Positions 1-13,000 of a DNA stretch of 64,000 bases are shown one piece after another (position 1 is the stretch's first letter; each line of letters opens with the position of its first letter). The stretch spans positions 124,001 through 188,000 of the forward strand of contig NIVC01000467.1 in NCBI GenBank assembly GCA_002269645.1. Direction: 5' to 3'. The DNA comes from Macrostomum lignano. Lineage: Eukaryota. Below the pieces are notes generated by a model. That model saw only the letters and a list, made by a program, of their open reading frames with translations. It was not told the origin of the DNA and ran no database searches. The translations under genes and the position numbers were made by a program.

Positions 1-1812
1 CCCCGGTGCTAAATCCCCCGGTGCTAAATGAACCGGTGCTAAATGAACCGGTGCTAAATCAACCGGTGCTAAATCCCCCGGTGCTAAATCCCCGGTGCTA
101 AATCCCCCGGTGCTAAATCCCCGGTGCTAAAGCCCCCGGTGCTAAATGAACCGGTGCTAAAGCCCCCGGTGCTAAAGCCCCCGGTGCTAAATCAACCGGT
201 GCTAAAGCCCCCGGTGCTAAATCAACCGGTGCTAAATCAACCGGAGCTAAAGCCCCCGGTATTAAATCAACCGGTGCTAAAACTCCCGGTGCTAAAGCCC
301 CCGGTGCTAAATGAACCGATGCTAAAGCCCCCGGTGCTAAATGAACCGGTGCTAAAGCCCCCAGTGCTAAAGCCCCCGGTGCTAAATGAACCGGTGCTAA
401 AGCCCCCAGTGCTAAAGCCCCCGGTGCTAAAGCCCCCGGTGGTAAACCAACCGGTGCTAAAGCCCCCGGTGCTAAATCAACCGGTGCTAAATCAACCGGA
501 GCTAAAGCCCCCGGTATTAAATCAACCGGTGCTAAAACTCCCGGTGCTAAAGCCCCCAGTGCTAAATGAACCGGTGCTAAAGCCCCCGGTGCTAAAGCCC
601 CCGGTGCTAAATGAACCGGTGCTAAAGCCCCCGGTGCTAAATGAACCGGTGCTAAAGCCCCCGGTGCTAAATGAACCGGTGCTAAATGAACCGGTGCTGA
701 AGCCCCCGGTGCTAAAGCCCCCGGTGGTAAATCAACCGGTGCTAAAGCCCCCGGTGCTAAATCAACCGGTGCTAAATCAACCGGAGCTAAAGCCCCCGGT
801 ATTAAATCAACCGGTGCTAAAACTCCCGGTGCTAAAGCCCCCGGTGCTAAATCAACGGTGCTAAATCCCCCGGTGCTAAATCCCCCGGTGCCAAATCAAC
901 CGGTGCTAAATGAACCGGTGCTAAATGAACCGGTGCTAAATCAACCGGTGCTAAATCCCCCGGTGCTAAATCCCCGGTGCTAAATCCCCCGGTGCTAAAT
1001 CCCCGGTGCTAAATCCCCCGGTGCTAAATGAACCGGTGCTAAAGCCCCCGGTGCTAAATGAACCGGTGCTAAAGCCCCCGGTGCTAAATGAACCGGTGCT
1101 AAAGCCCCCGGTGCTAAAGCCCCCGGTGCTAAATCAACCGGTGCTAAAGCCCCCGGTGCTAAATCAACCGGTGCTAAATCAACCGGAGCTAAAGCCCCCG
1201 GTATTAAATCAACCGGTGCTAAAACTCCCGGTGCTAAAGCCCCCGGTGCTAAATGAACCGATGCTAAAGCCCCCGGTGCTAAATGAACCGGTGCTAAAGC
1301 CCCCAGTGCTAAAGCCCCCGGTGCTAAAGCCCCCGGTGGTAAACCAACCGGTGCTAAAGCCCCCGGTGCTAAATCAACCGGTGCTAAATCAACCGGAGCT
1401 AAAGCCCCCGGTATTAAATCAACCGGTGCTAAAACTCCCGGTGCTAAAGCCCCCGGTGCTAAATGAACCGGTGCTAAAGCCCCCGGTGCTAAATGAACCG
1501 GTGCTAAAGCCCCCGGTGCTAAATGAACCGGTGCTAAATGAACCGGTGCTAAATGAACCGGTGCTGAAGCCCCCGGTGCTAAAGCCCCCGGTGGTAAATC
1601 AACCGGTGCTAAAGCCCCCGGTGCTAAATCAACCGGTGCTAAATCAACCGGAGCTAAAGCCCCCGGTATTAAATCAACCGGTGCTAAAACTCCCGGTGCT
1701 AAAGCCCCCGGTGCTAAATCAACCGGTGCTAAATCCCCCGGTGCTAAATCCCCCGGTGCCAAATCAACCGGTGCTAAAGCACCCGGTGCTAAAGCACCCG
1801 GTGCTAAAAAAG
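1..1812. repeat. 15-bp minisatellite (CCGGTGCTAAA + TCAA/TGAA/GCCC/TCCC) with higher-order structure, truncated by the window edge
   Basis: Unit repeated throughout. A variant cluster (ggagctaaag..gtattaaa..aaactccc) recurs at about 243, 499, 783, 1184, 1395 and 1651. The PVLNE and LAPGA ORFs are translations of the repeat. Confidence 0.95.
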
Positions 1813-2924
1813 ACATAGAAAAATTTTCCAACCAGTTTCCAAGTGACGAGTCTGCGACCCCAGCGGAATATAAGCTGAATCAAGCTCAGAGTTGTCTCAA
1901 TGTCAGAGAGAACTCAGATAGAAGCGCGGCATAGATACACAGCACGAACTATGCTCAAGAGATAAATCCCGATACTCCCGCGCGGTTTCCTGTCAGCAAG
2001 TGCCCTTAATAATGAAGCATCCGCGGCCTCTCTACAGAATCTCTTCTTGTGCTGTGGACCTGCTTTTTTAGCAGCCTGAACTATCAAATTACAGCACCGT
2101 CTACTAGTTTATAGCGTCTGGCCCTACATAGCTAGGATGATGTAAAGCTGCACGCAAAGGGATCATAAATTGGTAACACAACCTTGAGTTCGATCTTCAA
2201 GACAACTCCCTAGAGATAGAAATTGAAAACTTGCTCTCTCATAGTTTCCACTCTCCAGATTGCACGTTTAGCTTCAAGTTCTCTCCTAGGCGGCCCAACT
2301 GGCTGGTGAGTTTCGTGCCTTCACTTCACTCTTCACTCTCGTCCCTCACGGCCTGCTCCGCCCTCTGCTAGGACGAGACAAGCCAAGCAAGACTTCGCTT
2401 GCTTCAAGCTTCATCTGCCCAAAAGCAGACGATGATCAGTCAAGTGCTCCTGGGGGCTTGGATGCTGGGGGGTTTCTTCGGAGCGACAGGCACGGGGTGG
2501 CAGAGGGTAAAGGGAGAATTAAGGTTGAAAAATCCCTCCCAGGCATTCAATCTCATTCTGGTGCATCCCCCGCCCGAACCTCCTCGCACTTGGGGAAGAC
2601 GATGTTTTTTCTCTTTTCAAGTTCGCAGTTATTGCTCCCCAGACTCCCAGACCTTCTTCAAATTCTTCCAAAAGTGAATAGAGGAAATCCAAAATTTCGG
2701 CAATTTTTTATTCGAGCGCAATTATTCTGATGTTCGATTTTTAAGGCAGACCAATTATAAGACTTGATGATCCAGCGTATATTTCTTGATGCGAGACAGG
2801 CAGAAAGGATCCAGGTTTGGGTCTAAAAGTTTGAAACTTTATTAACCAGACATAATTGAAACCGAATATTAACCATTTAAACTTCAAGCGATCTGATGGG
2901 CTCTTCTGTAATCTATTGTGACCT

Positions 2925-3055
2925 CTAGTGACTCATTGGGATGTCCAGTGACTCATTGGGATATCCAGTGACTCATTGGGATATCCAGTGACTCATTGGG
3001 ATATCCAGTGACTCATTGTGACCTCCAGTGACCTATTTGTACCTCCAGTGACCAG
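2925..3055. repeat. Short 20-bp tandem repeat (ccagtgactcattgggatat) with decaying edges
   Basis: About 4 near-perfect units plus degenerate flanking units. Confidence 0.85.
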
Positions 3056-4032
3056 ATGAAACCTGTAAATAAATCATGAAGTCCTTAAAAAAATAAATCA
3101 AATCAATAAAATCCAATCAATGGATGGAGCACACTGTTCTTGCTTGGCCTAGCCTATAATTAATAAGCAATGTTGGACGTACAAGTTATATTATTGTAGT
3201 ACAATATATATATGACAGCAGAAAGCTGTGCCTATAGCATCTCATAAAACAGCATACACATATAATAATGTGTGCCATAGGTTGTATGTCTCATGTCAAG
3301 TCATTCCAGCGTACACTGCAATTCCAGCATTTGCCGAGCAGAACAGAGCAAATTGAGACTGCAAAGGCGACTTGGACGGAGATTAAAGCAGAAAGGGGAT
3401 GCGGGCGGCCGGGTCTTAATCCCTAGGGGGAAATTGAGCCCGATGAATGTGGTCAGGTGGCTGTGCCGTGCTTTCATGAATCACTCATATATGACATCCT
3501 CATACCCCAGCGGTATGTCAGAGCGGTGGTGAATGAGCGGAGGAGCGGGAGTGAGAATGAGGATACACCGACCGCGGGACCATCTGGCTCTGATCCTGCC
3601 TCTACAATCCCAAATCCCTGAGCGATTCGGAATCCGATAGCTTTGACTCTGCCCAGAACCGGTGGGTGTTAGAACAGTTAGTTGTTAAGCTCGAAGAGCC
3701 ACGTGACCCCAACTAATTAAATGAGTGTGGGGCCTGCGTGAGGAAGGGGGTGGATGGAAGAGAATTCCGAATCTCTCCCGGCCATCATAATCCCCCAAGC
3801 CCCTAATTACACCCTGCAGTCTACTCTATACGATTGACTTTGCAATCCCGTGCCCAAAGCTAATGTTTCAATTTCAAATCGATATAAACCGACAGTCTCA
3901 CACTCCTAGGCCGGGGCTTATTTGACTAACTAATCTAGCTAAGAGCTGGTCTAACTTATCTATCCGGTCTGGCTCCATTGAGAGAATGCAGTAAATTCCT
4001 ATCTGATGTGAGCGATTTAGTAGCTAGTAGGT

Positions 4033-4818
4033 TTGTCACTCTCTGACACCAAAATTTGTCGATCTCTGACACTAAAATTTGTCACTCTCTGACATCAAAA
4101 TTTGTCGATCTCTGACACCAAAATTTGTCACTCTCTGACACCAAAATTTGTCGATCTCTGACACCAAAATTTGTCACTCTCTGACACCAAAATTTGTCAC
4201 TCTCTGACACCAGAATTTGTCGATCTCTGACACCAAAATTTGTCACTCTCTGACATCAAAATTTGTCGATCTCTGACACCAAAATTTGTCACTCTCTGAC
4301 ACCAAAATTTGTCGATCTCTGACACCAAAATTTGTCACTCTCTGACACCAAAATTTGTCGATCTCTGACACCAGAATTTGTCGATCTCTGACACCAAAAT
4401 TTGTCACTCTCTGACACCAAAATTTGTCGATCTCTGACACCAAAATTTGTCGATCTCTAACACCAGAATTTGTCACTCTCTGACACCAAAATTTGTCGAT
4501 CTCTGACACTAAAATTTGTCACTCTCTGACACCAGAATTTGTCACTCGACACCAGAATTTGTCACTCGACACCAGAATTTGTCACTCGACACCAGAATTT
4601 GTCACTCGACACCAGAATTTGTCACTCGACACCAGAATTTGTCACTCTATGACACCAGACTTTGTCACTCTATGACACCAGAATTTGTCACTCTTAGACA
4701 CCAGAATTTGTCACTCTATGACACTAAAAGTTGTCACTCTCTGACACCAAAATTTGTCACTCTCTGACACCAAAATTTGTCACTCTCTGACACTAAAATT
4801 TGTCACTCTCTGACATCC
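4033..4818. repeat. 22-bp minisatellite (tttgtcactctctgacaccaaaa) with 19-21 bp variants
   Basis: More than 30 units. Most contain TGTCA-ctctc-TGACA. A 19-bp sub-block lies at about 4540-4635. Confidence 0.95.
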
Positions 4819-4983
4819 AGCCCTGTCAGTCTTTTGTACCTGTAGAGCCAAAATGAGTGCCTGCGGCGTCAAAATGAAGATTAACAGTACCTATTCTCAA
4901 ATAATTTAGGAATTTAGTTATGCAGACTTCTTGGCGTTGTCCTCTCGCCATCAAACCCATGAAGTTATTAAATACCTACACAG

Positions 4984-6921
4984 GCAGGGGCCACGCCAGT
5001 CGATGAACACCCTGTGCATCGCCTGGATCTACATGGACACGTTCCTGTGCAACCTGGTGTTCCTGCACTGCCTCGGCTCCACCATTGACACCTGGCTGAG
5101 GCTCCGGTATCCAATTCGCTACGCTTACTCTACGACTCGCGGCTCGACCTGCCTAAAACTTGGCGCACCTTGGAGCGTCAGCTTCATCCAGACTACGGCC
5201 GAGTTCGCCATCAGCAAACGGCACGAGAATTTGTTTGACAGCTCCGCGGGAGTCTGCCTGCACCGCGATCCGAACTTTGTCATCCTGCGAGCCTGCATGT
5301 CGTACGGGGTGCCCTGTTTAGCCAGCCTGCTGATGCTGTGTCTGGGTTTCTGTCAGCTGGCTTCGGTCAGGGGACAGCAAGATCTCGAGTTGGTCAGCGA
5401 GCTCATCAGGTGAGTACAGTGCATGGAGGTTGCTGAATTCAGTTTGACAGAGTCTGACAGTCTGCAAGAAATGCGCAGAATTTTTGTGTAGAATACTGAG
5501 CTCACACAGAAGGCTGTGTCCAGATGCTACAGAAGACTTCTGAGCTCACACAGAAGGCTGTGTCCAGATGCTACAGAAGACTTTTGAGTTCAGAATACAC
5601 ACGCAAGGTTTTTAGACGCAAAAAATTCTTTAGCTCGTAAACCTCCCAGAAGTAATCCTCCGTCCGGCTTATTGAATTCGACTTCTAGATACTACGAAAG
5701 AACTAACAGAAAACATATTTGAATACCAAAAAGGCCTTCTTCGAAATAAATTTCAGAGATAGAGATATCTGAGAATGACCGAACATCGTAATACGCAAAA
5801 ATTGCAATTGCAGGTCCTATCACAAGCAGCAGTCCGAACTGGAATCGGCGTCATCCATTGGCGGCGGAGGTGGCGGCAGCTGTCGAGTCCTTGATGTCAC
5901 CTGCATTTCAGAAACGGACAGCTACCGTCATCAGCATCAGAGAGCGCAAACTCTCGGTCAGCGCTATCCAGGCTCCTACGCGGCTTCATCATCATCCTCG
6001 TCCTCGGCAACAATTCATAGCACTTCGGTACCGAGAGACTGCACAAGGGAGACGCTGCTGGCCTACGGTGGAGGAAACGGCGGCGGTAGCAGCAGCTCGC
6101 TAAGCCGGGACGCGACCAGCGCCTACGAGCTGTACCGAATGACCCCGATACCCGAGGCGCCGGAGGAGTCTCACGGCGGTGGCCCGGCCTGCAATGTGCC
6201 GTCGAGTCGCAGCTGTCACACTTTCAAGTCTAGCGGAGCCGCGAAGAACAATGGCGGCGAGAGCGGCGCCAGTTTGACACTGAGTCCCAGAGGTTTCCCA
6301 ATCCCAAAGGAGCTCCTCCCAGTTGCTATGACAACCTGTCCAGTGCATAGTCAAGCTCTGCTAAATCAACAACAAGCTCAAACTCCGATGGAGATTCCAG
6401 CATCGGCATTCTCCTACGACGAGGACGACGCAATTCAGATTCAGCATCAGCAGCAGCATCGCCACAGCCAAGCATCTGATCAGAAGCAGAAGCGTCGCAG
6501 ACGTCAACTGGTCAACAATTCCTGGCGTCGGATGCTGCGCAGCGAGAAATCCGCCTGCCAATTAAACCTGTGCGCATTCGCGGTCAGCCTGGTGCTCTGG
6601 TCGCCGCACAGTCTGGGCATTCTGCTCTACTGCCTCTGCGACAGCGTCACCGCCTGCCGGGAGGGACTCGGCCCGTCCGCAAGAAGCGTCGCCGATATGA
6701 AGTGGATAGCCTACGCCACTTGCGCGGCCTATCCACTGTTCTTCCTGCTGGTTGACGCCAGCATCCGTCGGGCGGCAAGTCTGGCTTGTTGTTGTTGCTG
6801 CTGCTGCTGCTGCTACAGCTGCAGACGATCCGCCAGCATCAGCGAATTAGTCTACGGACCGAATTCGGCAAATTCTGAGGAAGGCTGCGATGAGGAGGGA
6901 GAGGACGCCAATCTGGGCTGA
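4984..6921 (+). CDS. Divergent aminergic (5-HT2-like) class A GPCR, TM3-TM7; 5' exons not located
   Basis: Exon from 4926 or 4984 (acceptor uncertain) to 5409, donor CAG|GTGAGT. Terminal exon 5814-6921 (acceptor TTGCAG) is in frame. TM3 LCIAWIYMDTFLCNLVFLHCLGSTIDTW resembles 5-HT2 [24 protein letters not shown]. ECL2/TM5 CLHRDPNFVIL..YGVP, long ICL3, TM6 SEKSACQL..LWSPH, TM7 WIAYATCAAYPLFF, and a Cys-rich tail follow. Confidence 0.8.
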
Positions 6922-7588
6922 CAGTCGAGCTTAGAGCTGCATAGGAAAACTTGATGACTCATCTTTGCCTCTAATTGAGATCAGGTGTTATGCAGTATGA
7001 CAATAAATGCCTGATAAGACCTATTGGGGAGGGCGTGCCAGCATTGTATACTTTGCTGGCACATATATTAGCTACTGATCAAAATGCGATAGCATTGCAA
7101 TCAGAGTCATCAATCAAAACTACATACTTCGAATACATAATTCAAAAAACTTTCACTAGCATGAAGTGAGTGCTATAGCTGATGCCTTTTCAGGGCTTTG
7201 TTCTGTCTAAAAAGTTTGTCAATGAGCTTAATATTTAGTTTCACCTAAAAAGTGGGCTAGCAAAAATAACCAGTAAAAATATTCATGTGTATCATAAAGC
7301 CCCTCTGTTGCACTTCTTGATTGTTTCTTCTATTAGAGTTTGTCATTTCTGATTTTTGAAAATGCTTAACTTCTAAACTTCTACCGAAACTTAACTTACA
7401 TACCGTCTACTTTGAAAGGTCAACCGACACTAAGTAAACTAAACAATCAATATCTATGCTCTGCATATGCATATACCGCAGTTACCATCAATTATTTCTC
7501 GTGTAAACCTACTGTAATTCTTCCTCATTTGGCTGCTAACGATAGCTATATGAATATAGATTGCAAAATGCTTCATTAATAGCTATGG

Positions 7589-8365
7589 GACAGGCGGTGC
7601 ACAACCAAGAGACAGGTAGTGCACAACCAAGAGACAGGTAGTGCACAACCAAGAGACAGGTAGTACACAAACAAGAGACAGGTAGTGCACAACCAAGAGA
7701 CAGGTAGTGCACAACCAAGAGACAGGTAGTGCACAACCAAGAGACAGGTAGTGCACAAACAAGAGACAGGTAGTGCACAACCAAGAGACAGGTAGTGCAC
7801 AACCAAGAGACAGGTAGTGCACAAACAAGAGACAGGCGGTGCACAACCAAGAGACAGGCGGTGCACAACCAAGAGACAGGTAGTGCACAACCAAGAGACA
7901 GGTAGTGCACAACCAAGAGACAGGTAGTGCACAACCAAGAGACAGGCGGTGCACAAACAAGAGACAGGTAGTGCACAACCAAGAGACAGGCGGTGCACAA
8001 CCAAGAGACAGGTGGTGCACAACCAAAAGACAGGTAGTGCACAACCAAGAGACAGGTAGTGCACAACCAAGAGACAGGTAGTGCACAACCAAGAGACAGG
8101 CAGTGCACAACCAAGAGACAGGCGGTGCACAAACAAGAGACAGGTAGTGCACAACCAAGAGACAGGTAGTGCACAACCAAGAGACAGGTAGTGCACAACC
8201 AAGAGACAGGTAGTGCACAACCAAGAGACAGGTAGTGCACAACCAAGAGACAGGTAGTGCACAACCAAGAGACAGGTAGTGCACAACCAAGAGACAGGTA
8301 GTGCACAACCAAGAGACAGGTGGTGCACAACCAAGAGACAGGTAGTGCACAACCAAGAGACAGGT
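7589..8365. repeat. 22-bp minisatellite (gtgcacaaccaagagacaggta), about 35 copies
   Basis: Near-perfect tandem units. These produce the three overlapping MCTTCLLVVHYL ORFs. Confidence 0.97.
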
Positions 8366-9295
8366 AATAAAAATTTTTGCCGAAATATCAGTAGCAGAAG
8401 TCTTCATTTATTCGGGCATTTTCAGATCCTTTCCAGGAAACTTGTTAGGCAATTTACTTAAATAAAGTACGAATCTCATTCATGAAGTATATAAAGTATG
8501 CATTTTTTGCTTTCTTAAGTCGAGTGCCATTTATTAAACGTCACACATCATCGAAGAATTCTGCGTACGTTGATCCTAGCGTGATGCACACACGTTTTCA
8601 ATATAAGTATATTTCATATTTCATATAGTAGTATATTTCAGAATTAAAAATCTGAAATATACTACTTATCAATATTATATGAACTCGTTGCATATAGGAG
8701 AATAGACAAAAACATTGTTTTCAGATCCGAAAGGAAAAAGGTAATAAACCATTGAACTACGCTCCAAAATAAACTTAGAAATTTTAAAACACGATGGTAA
8801 ATGTAAGATGTAGCTGAGACGCTGGTACAAGCTGAAGTCCCAAACCTGAAGCCAAGTACTGAACGGTGATATTGGATCGATGCATGGATTAAGCATATCT
8901 TTTCCGCACATCCCACTGCAGACCATAAAAACCTGTCTCCCATTCCACAGGGCTAAAGGTCTGTTAGAAGAAGAAGGATTAGCTATAGTATAACCGGGGC
9001 CCTAATTAAAATTCCAGGTGCGAGACAGGTGTGCCAATTCTTATGCAGGTTTAATGCTTTATACACACAGCTGCATCGCTAGAAATTGGAGACTGCAGAG
9101 ACAGGCTTAAGCTTTTGACTTGTGTTGGGCTACTAAAGTTAGAGGTCAGTATTTTAGCTGGCTAATATGCTAGCTAAAATGCATTAGCCAGCTGCAGAGT
9201 TGAAAACTTATTTTTTGTTATAATGTCATATATAAAGGCGTATATATGATAGTATGACAGCTTTTCTGACGGCCTACTGTCATATATCAATAACG

Positions 9296-9582
9296 AACAC
9301 GGGAGAGCCGTCCAAGGACCACTAGAAGTTACCGATTAAACAACACGCGAGAGCCGTCCAAGGACCACTAGAAGTTACCGATTAAACAACACGGGAGAGC
9401 CGTCCAAGGACCACTAGAAGTTACCGATTAAACAACACGCGAGAGCCGTCCAAGGACCACTAGAAGTTACCGATTAAACAACACGAGAGCCGTCCAAGGA
9501 CCACTAGAAGTTACCGATTGAGCCGTCCAAGGACCACTAGAAGTTATTGATTAAACAACACGCGAGAGCCGTCCAAGGACAA
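9296..9582. repeat. 46-bp tandem repeat (gagagccgtccaaggaccactagaagttaccgattaaacaacacg[c/g]), about 6 units
   Basis: Period 46 (starts at 9303 and 9349). acacggg/acacgcg variants alternate. The same array recurs at 24566-24930. Confidence 0.93.
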
Positions 9583-10001
9583 CTAAAGCTACTGTTGAAT
9601 CAGGATGTAACACGTTAGAAGGCTCGCTTGTTGCATTGCAGTAAAACTTTAAATGCTCAAAACTCCGCATGAGCAGCGCTTATAATGATAATTTTTGACC
9701 AGGCTGATATAAATTTAGTTCTCTTCACGATGACGCAAAGTTTGACCCGATATCTACATGTGAGAACCCCACTGAACTCAATTCAATTTATTCTATTAAT
9801 CGCCTTGTGCTACTACGAGGAATATTAGAATAGAATACAAGAGTACCTTTTTACCTCTTATTTTGACACTCTGCTTCGAGAGATCACTCTCAGTTCTTTC
9901 TATGTGTTTGAGTTTCTTATTAAGAGAAACACAGAGATTGCTTGAAGAGAAGCTGGTGAAGAGCTCGCAGATTTTATTGGTTTTGCGCATTGAAATACGA
10001 G

Positions 10002-13000
10002 CTACAAATAGATTTGCAGGCACAGAGCTACTGAGCTACGTAAGAAAAAGAACTCAAGGACATGTACATAAGCTCGTACTTGTTAGCTTGAAATTTGGGT
10101 TCAACTGAAAAGAGCGATTGGCTGAGCTACAATATATAAAATTTGAAAAAAATGCTTGGAAACAATTCCCTATAGCTACAGGCAAAAAATGAAATGTTAG
10201 CTGGCTTACAAAATGCATCATGCTTAAAAACACGTGCCTACAGTATGAAAATGAATCCTACAGTAATCACACTGAGCTAAATTCCATTGAAAATGTTTGC
10301 TAGAAAATCAAAGAGCCGAGACGCTGTCAGTTCGCTATGGGTCACCTGCCGGATTCTGTGCAGCACCGGACCGCTCCACTGGCCTCGGAGCAGCCGTGTC
10401 AGTCGTCTGAAATTTGTCATGAAGGGTAACTGGATGTTCACAGTCAGTTGAGGAATAGGTTTAGACATCAAGGGAATGCGGAGTGCATATCTGCACACAG
10501 GTTGGGGAATCGTAGACAACTGGAGAATTGTAGACAGCTGGGGAATTGTAGACAGCTGGAGAATTGTAGACAGCTGGGGAATTGTGGACAGCTGGGGAAT
10601 TGTAGACTGCCGGGGAATTGTAGACAGCTGGGGAATTGTGGACAGCTAATTGTAGACTAATTGTAGACAGCTGGGGAATTGTAGACAGCTTTGTTCAAAA
10701 GACTTTAACTCGTAGATAAACTGATATTTTACAAATCGATGTGTTGATTTTTTATTCACTTAAGCTTACAGTTTCTTTAAAATGTTGAAAAAGATTCAAT
10801 GTTCATTGGACTCTGACAAATCTCGCTTTAGTTTTTCCTGCATGTCAGCAGACAAAGAAAAACTTGCATAGAATCTGTAGATTTGTTCAGAATTCAGCAA
10901 TACTCGGCAGTACAAGCCTTTCCAAATTGACCGTTGTTTTTCTGTATTGAACTTACTGTGACTGTGTATTGAACTTTTCAGACTGTTGGGTGAATGTCAG
11001 TACCTGACCTGAGTGATATTGTGAGCTGAGAGCTTGGGTGAATCGATGGCTGAGGGCTTTGTAGATGCCTGGGAGAATTTTAGGCAGATAAATCATGAGC
11101 ATGCAGTAAATTGGGGCTGATGGATTGAGAATTGGCAAACGGTGTTTAACGGAAAAAAATCAAATTTGGTTTGCATTTAAGTCAGCACCAGGTCATGTAC
11201 AGGCGGGGATGTGACCGAACACTTACCTGGTTCCGGAGGAGTATTTGTGGTTTCTAGTTTAAAATACACAATTCCTTCGCTGCTACCGCATATTTGCTTG
11301 GAATTTCCCGGACATCGATATGAACAAGTTTCGTTGAGTTGTAGTTTATACTCCGCCGGAGGTAGTTCCGATTCGCAAAAGCAGCGATCACCTTCGGCGA
11401 TGGCGAAATATTTGAATCTGCTGTAAAGATCACGCTTCACACACTCGGTAGCGCAAACAAGGTGCGACATGTTATCAGATTTTTTTTTTGGTGCTGAATA
11501 TCCACCTATATGTTCACCGTAATAGTAGCATGCAAATCGGGAATCTAAAACAGTTAAAATCAAAAGCATGGCAGGTAAAAACAAGTGCACAAGCAAGTGT
11601 TTGTGGTTGATAAAAACATGCAGAAATATTAAACTGCAGAACGTGAATCAGAATAGACTGAAATAGTAAACTCACTAGGAATAGCTGGATAGACCTTCGC
11701 TCCCTGCTTCTTTTCATCTGAAGAGGTGACATTATGGGTGAACTCAGTTGAGAACATTTTACAACAGCTCGATCAGATTTTCAGGTCAATTGGAAATGAA
11801 ACCAGGGAGAAAAGCTGGATGCTCTTAGCAGTTCCGACTAAGACCAAACATCCTCATTGCATAGTAACTGTAGACAGCTGGGGCAATTTTATACTGCTGG
11901 GTGAATATCAGATAGCTGGGCGAATATCTTAGGAGAGCTGGGTGAATCGATGGCTGAGGGCATTGTAGATGCTTGGGAGAATTTTAGGCAGGTAAATCAT
12001 GAGCATGTGGCGAATCGGGGCTGATCGATTGAGAATTGGCAAACGGCTATTAACGGAAAAGAATCAAATTGGTTTGCATTCAAGTCAGCACCAGATCATG
12101 CACTGGCGGTGACGTGACCGAACACTTGCCTGTTTCCGGAGGAGTATTCGTGATTTCCAGTTTTAAATACGCAATTTCCATGGAGCCACCGCATGACTGC
12201 TTGTCATTTCGCGGACATCGATATGAACAAGTTTCGTTGAGTTGTAGTTTATACTCCGCCGGAGGTAGTTCCGATTCGCAAAAGCAGCGATCACCTTCGG
12301 CGATGGCGAAATATTTGAATCTGCCGTAGAGATCACGCTTCACACACTCGGTAGCGCAAATGAGGTGTGACATCTCATTCGATGTGAGGCTTACTGTTCC
12401 CGTACCATAATATTGGTAGCATTGAATTGGAGAATCTAAAACAGTTGAAATCAAAAGCATGGCAGGTAAAAACAAGTGCACAAGCAAGTGTTTGTGGTTG
12501 ATAAAAACATGCAGAAATATTAAACTGCAGAACGTGAATCAGAATAGACTGAAATAGTAAACTCACTAGGAATAGCTGGATAGACCTTCGCTCCCTGCTT
12601 CTTTTCATCTGAAAAGGTGACGTCATGGGTAAACTCAGTAGAGAACATTTTTAGAACAGCTCAAACAGATTTTCAAGTCAGGTAGAAATGAAACCAGGGA
12701 GAAAAGCTGGATGCTCTTAGCAGTTCTGACTAAGACTAAACATCCTCATTGCATAGTAACTGTAGACAGCTGGGGCAATTTTATACTGCTGGGTGAATAT
12801 CAGATAGCTGGGCGAATATCTTAGGAGAGCTGGGTGAGTCGATGGCTGAGGGCATTGTAGATGCTTGGGAGAATTGTAGGCAGGTAAATCATGAGCATGT
12901 GGCGAATCGGGGCTGATCGATTGAGAATAGGCAAACGGCTAAACGGAAAAGAATCAAATTGGTTTGCATTCAAGTCAGCACCAGATCATGCACTGGCGGT

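Noticed and set aside
124-1831. Long PVLNE/PVLKP and LAPGA repeat ORFs
   Set aside because: These are translations of a 15-bp minisatellite with non-ATG starts, a frame break near 855 and no splice or domain support.
7536-8407. Three Cys/Leu-rich 260-270 aa ORFs
   Set aside because: All three frames derive from a 22-bp tandem repeat, so they are artefacts.
9296-9582. 46-bp array as a possible CRISPR
   Set aside because: Units are head-to-tail with no unique spacers, there are no cas genes, and the context is eukaryotic.
9796-10023. ORF with hydrophobic end (VLLYSILIFLVV) as the WSC transmembrane exon
   Set aside because: It lies across and beyond the candidate AATAAA, has no convincing in-phase acceptor, and its homolog in paralog 3 is split by an insertion and not hydrophobic.
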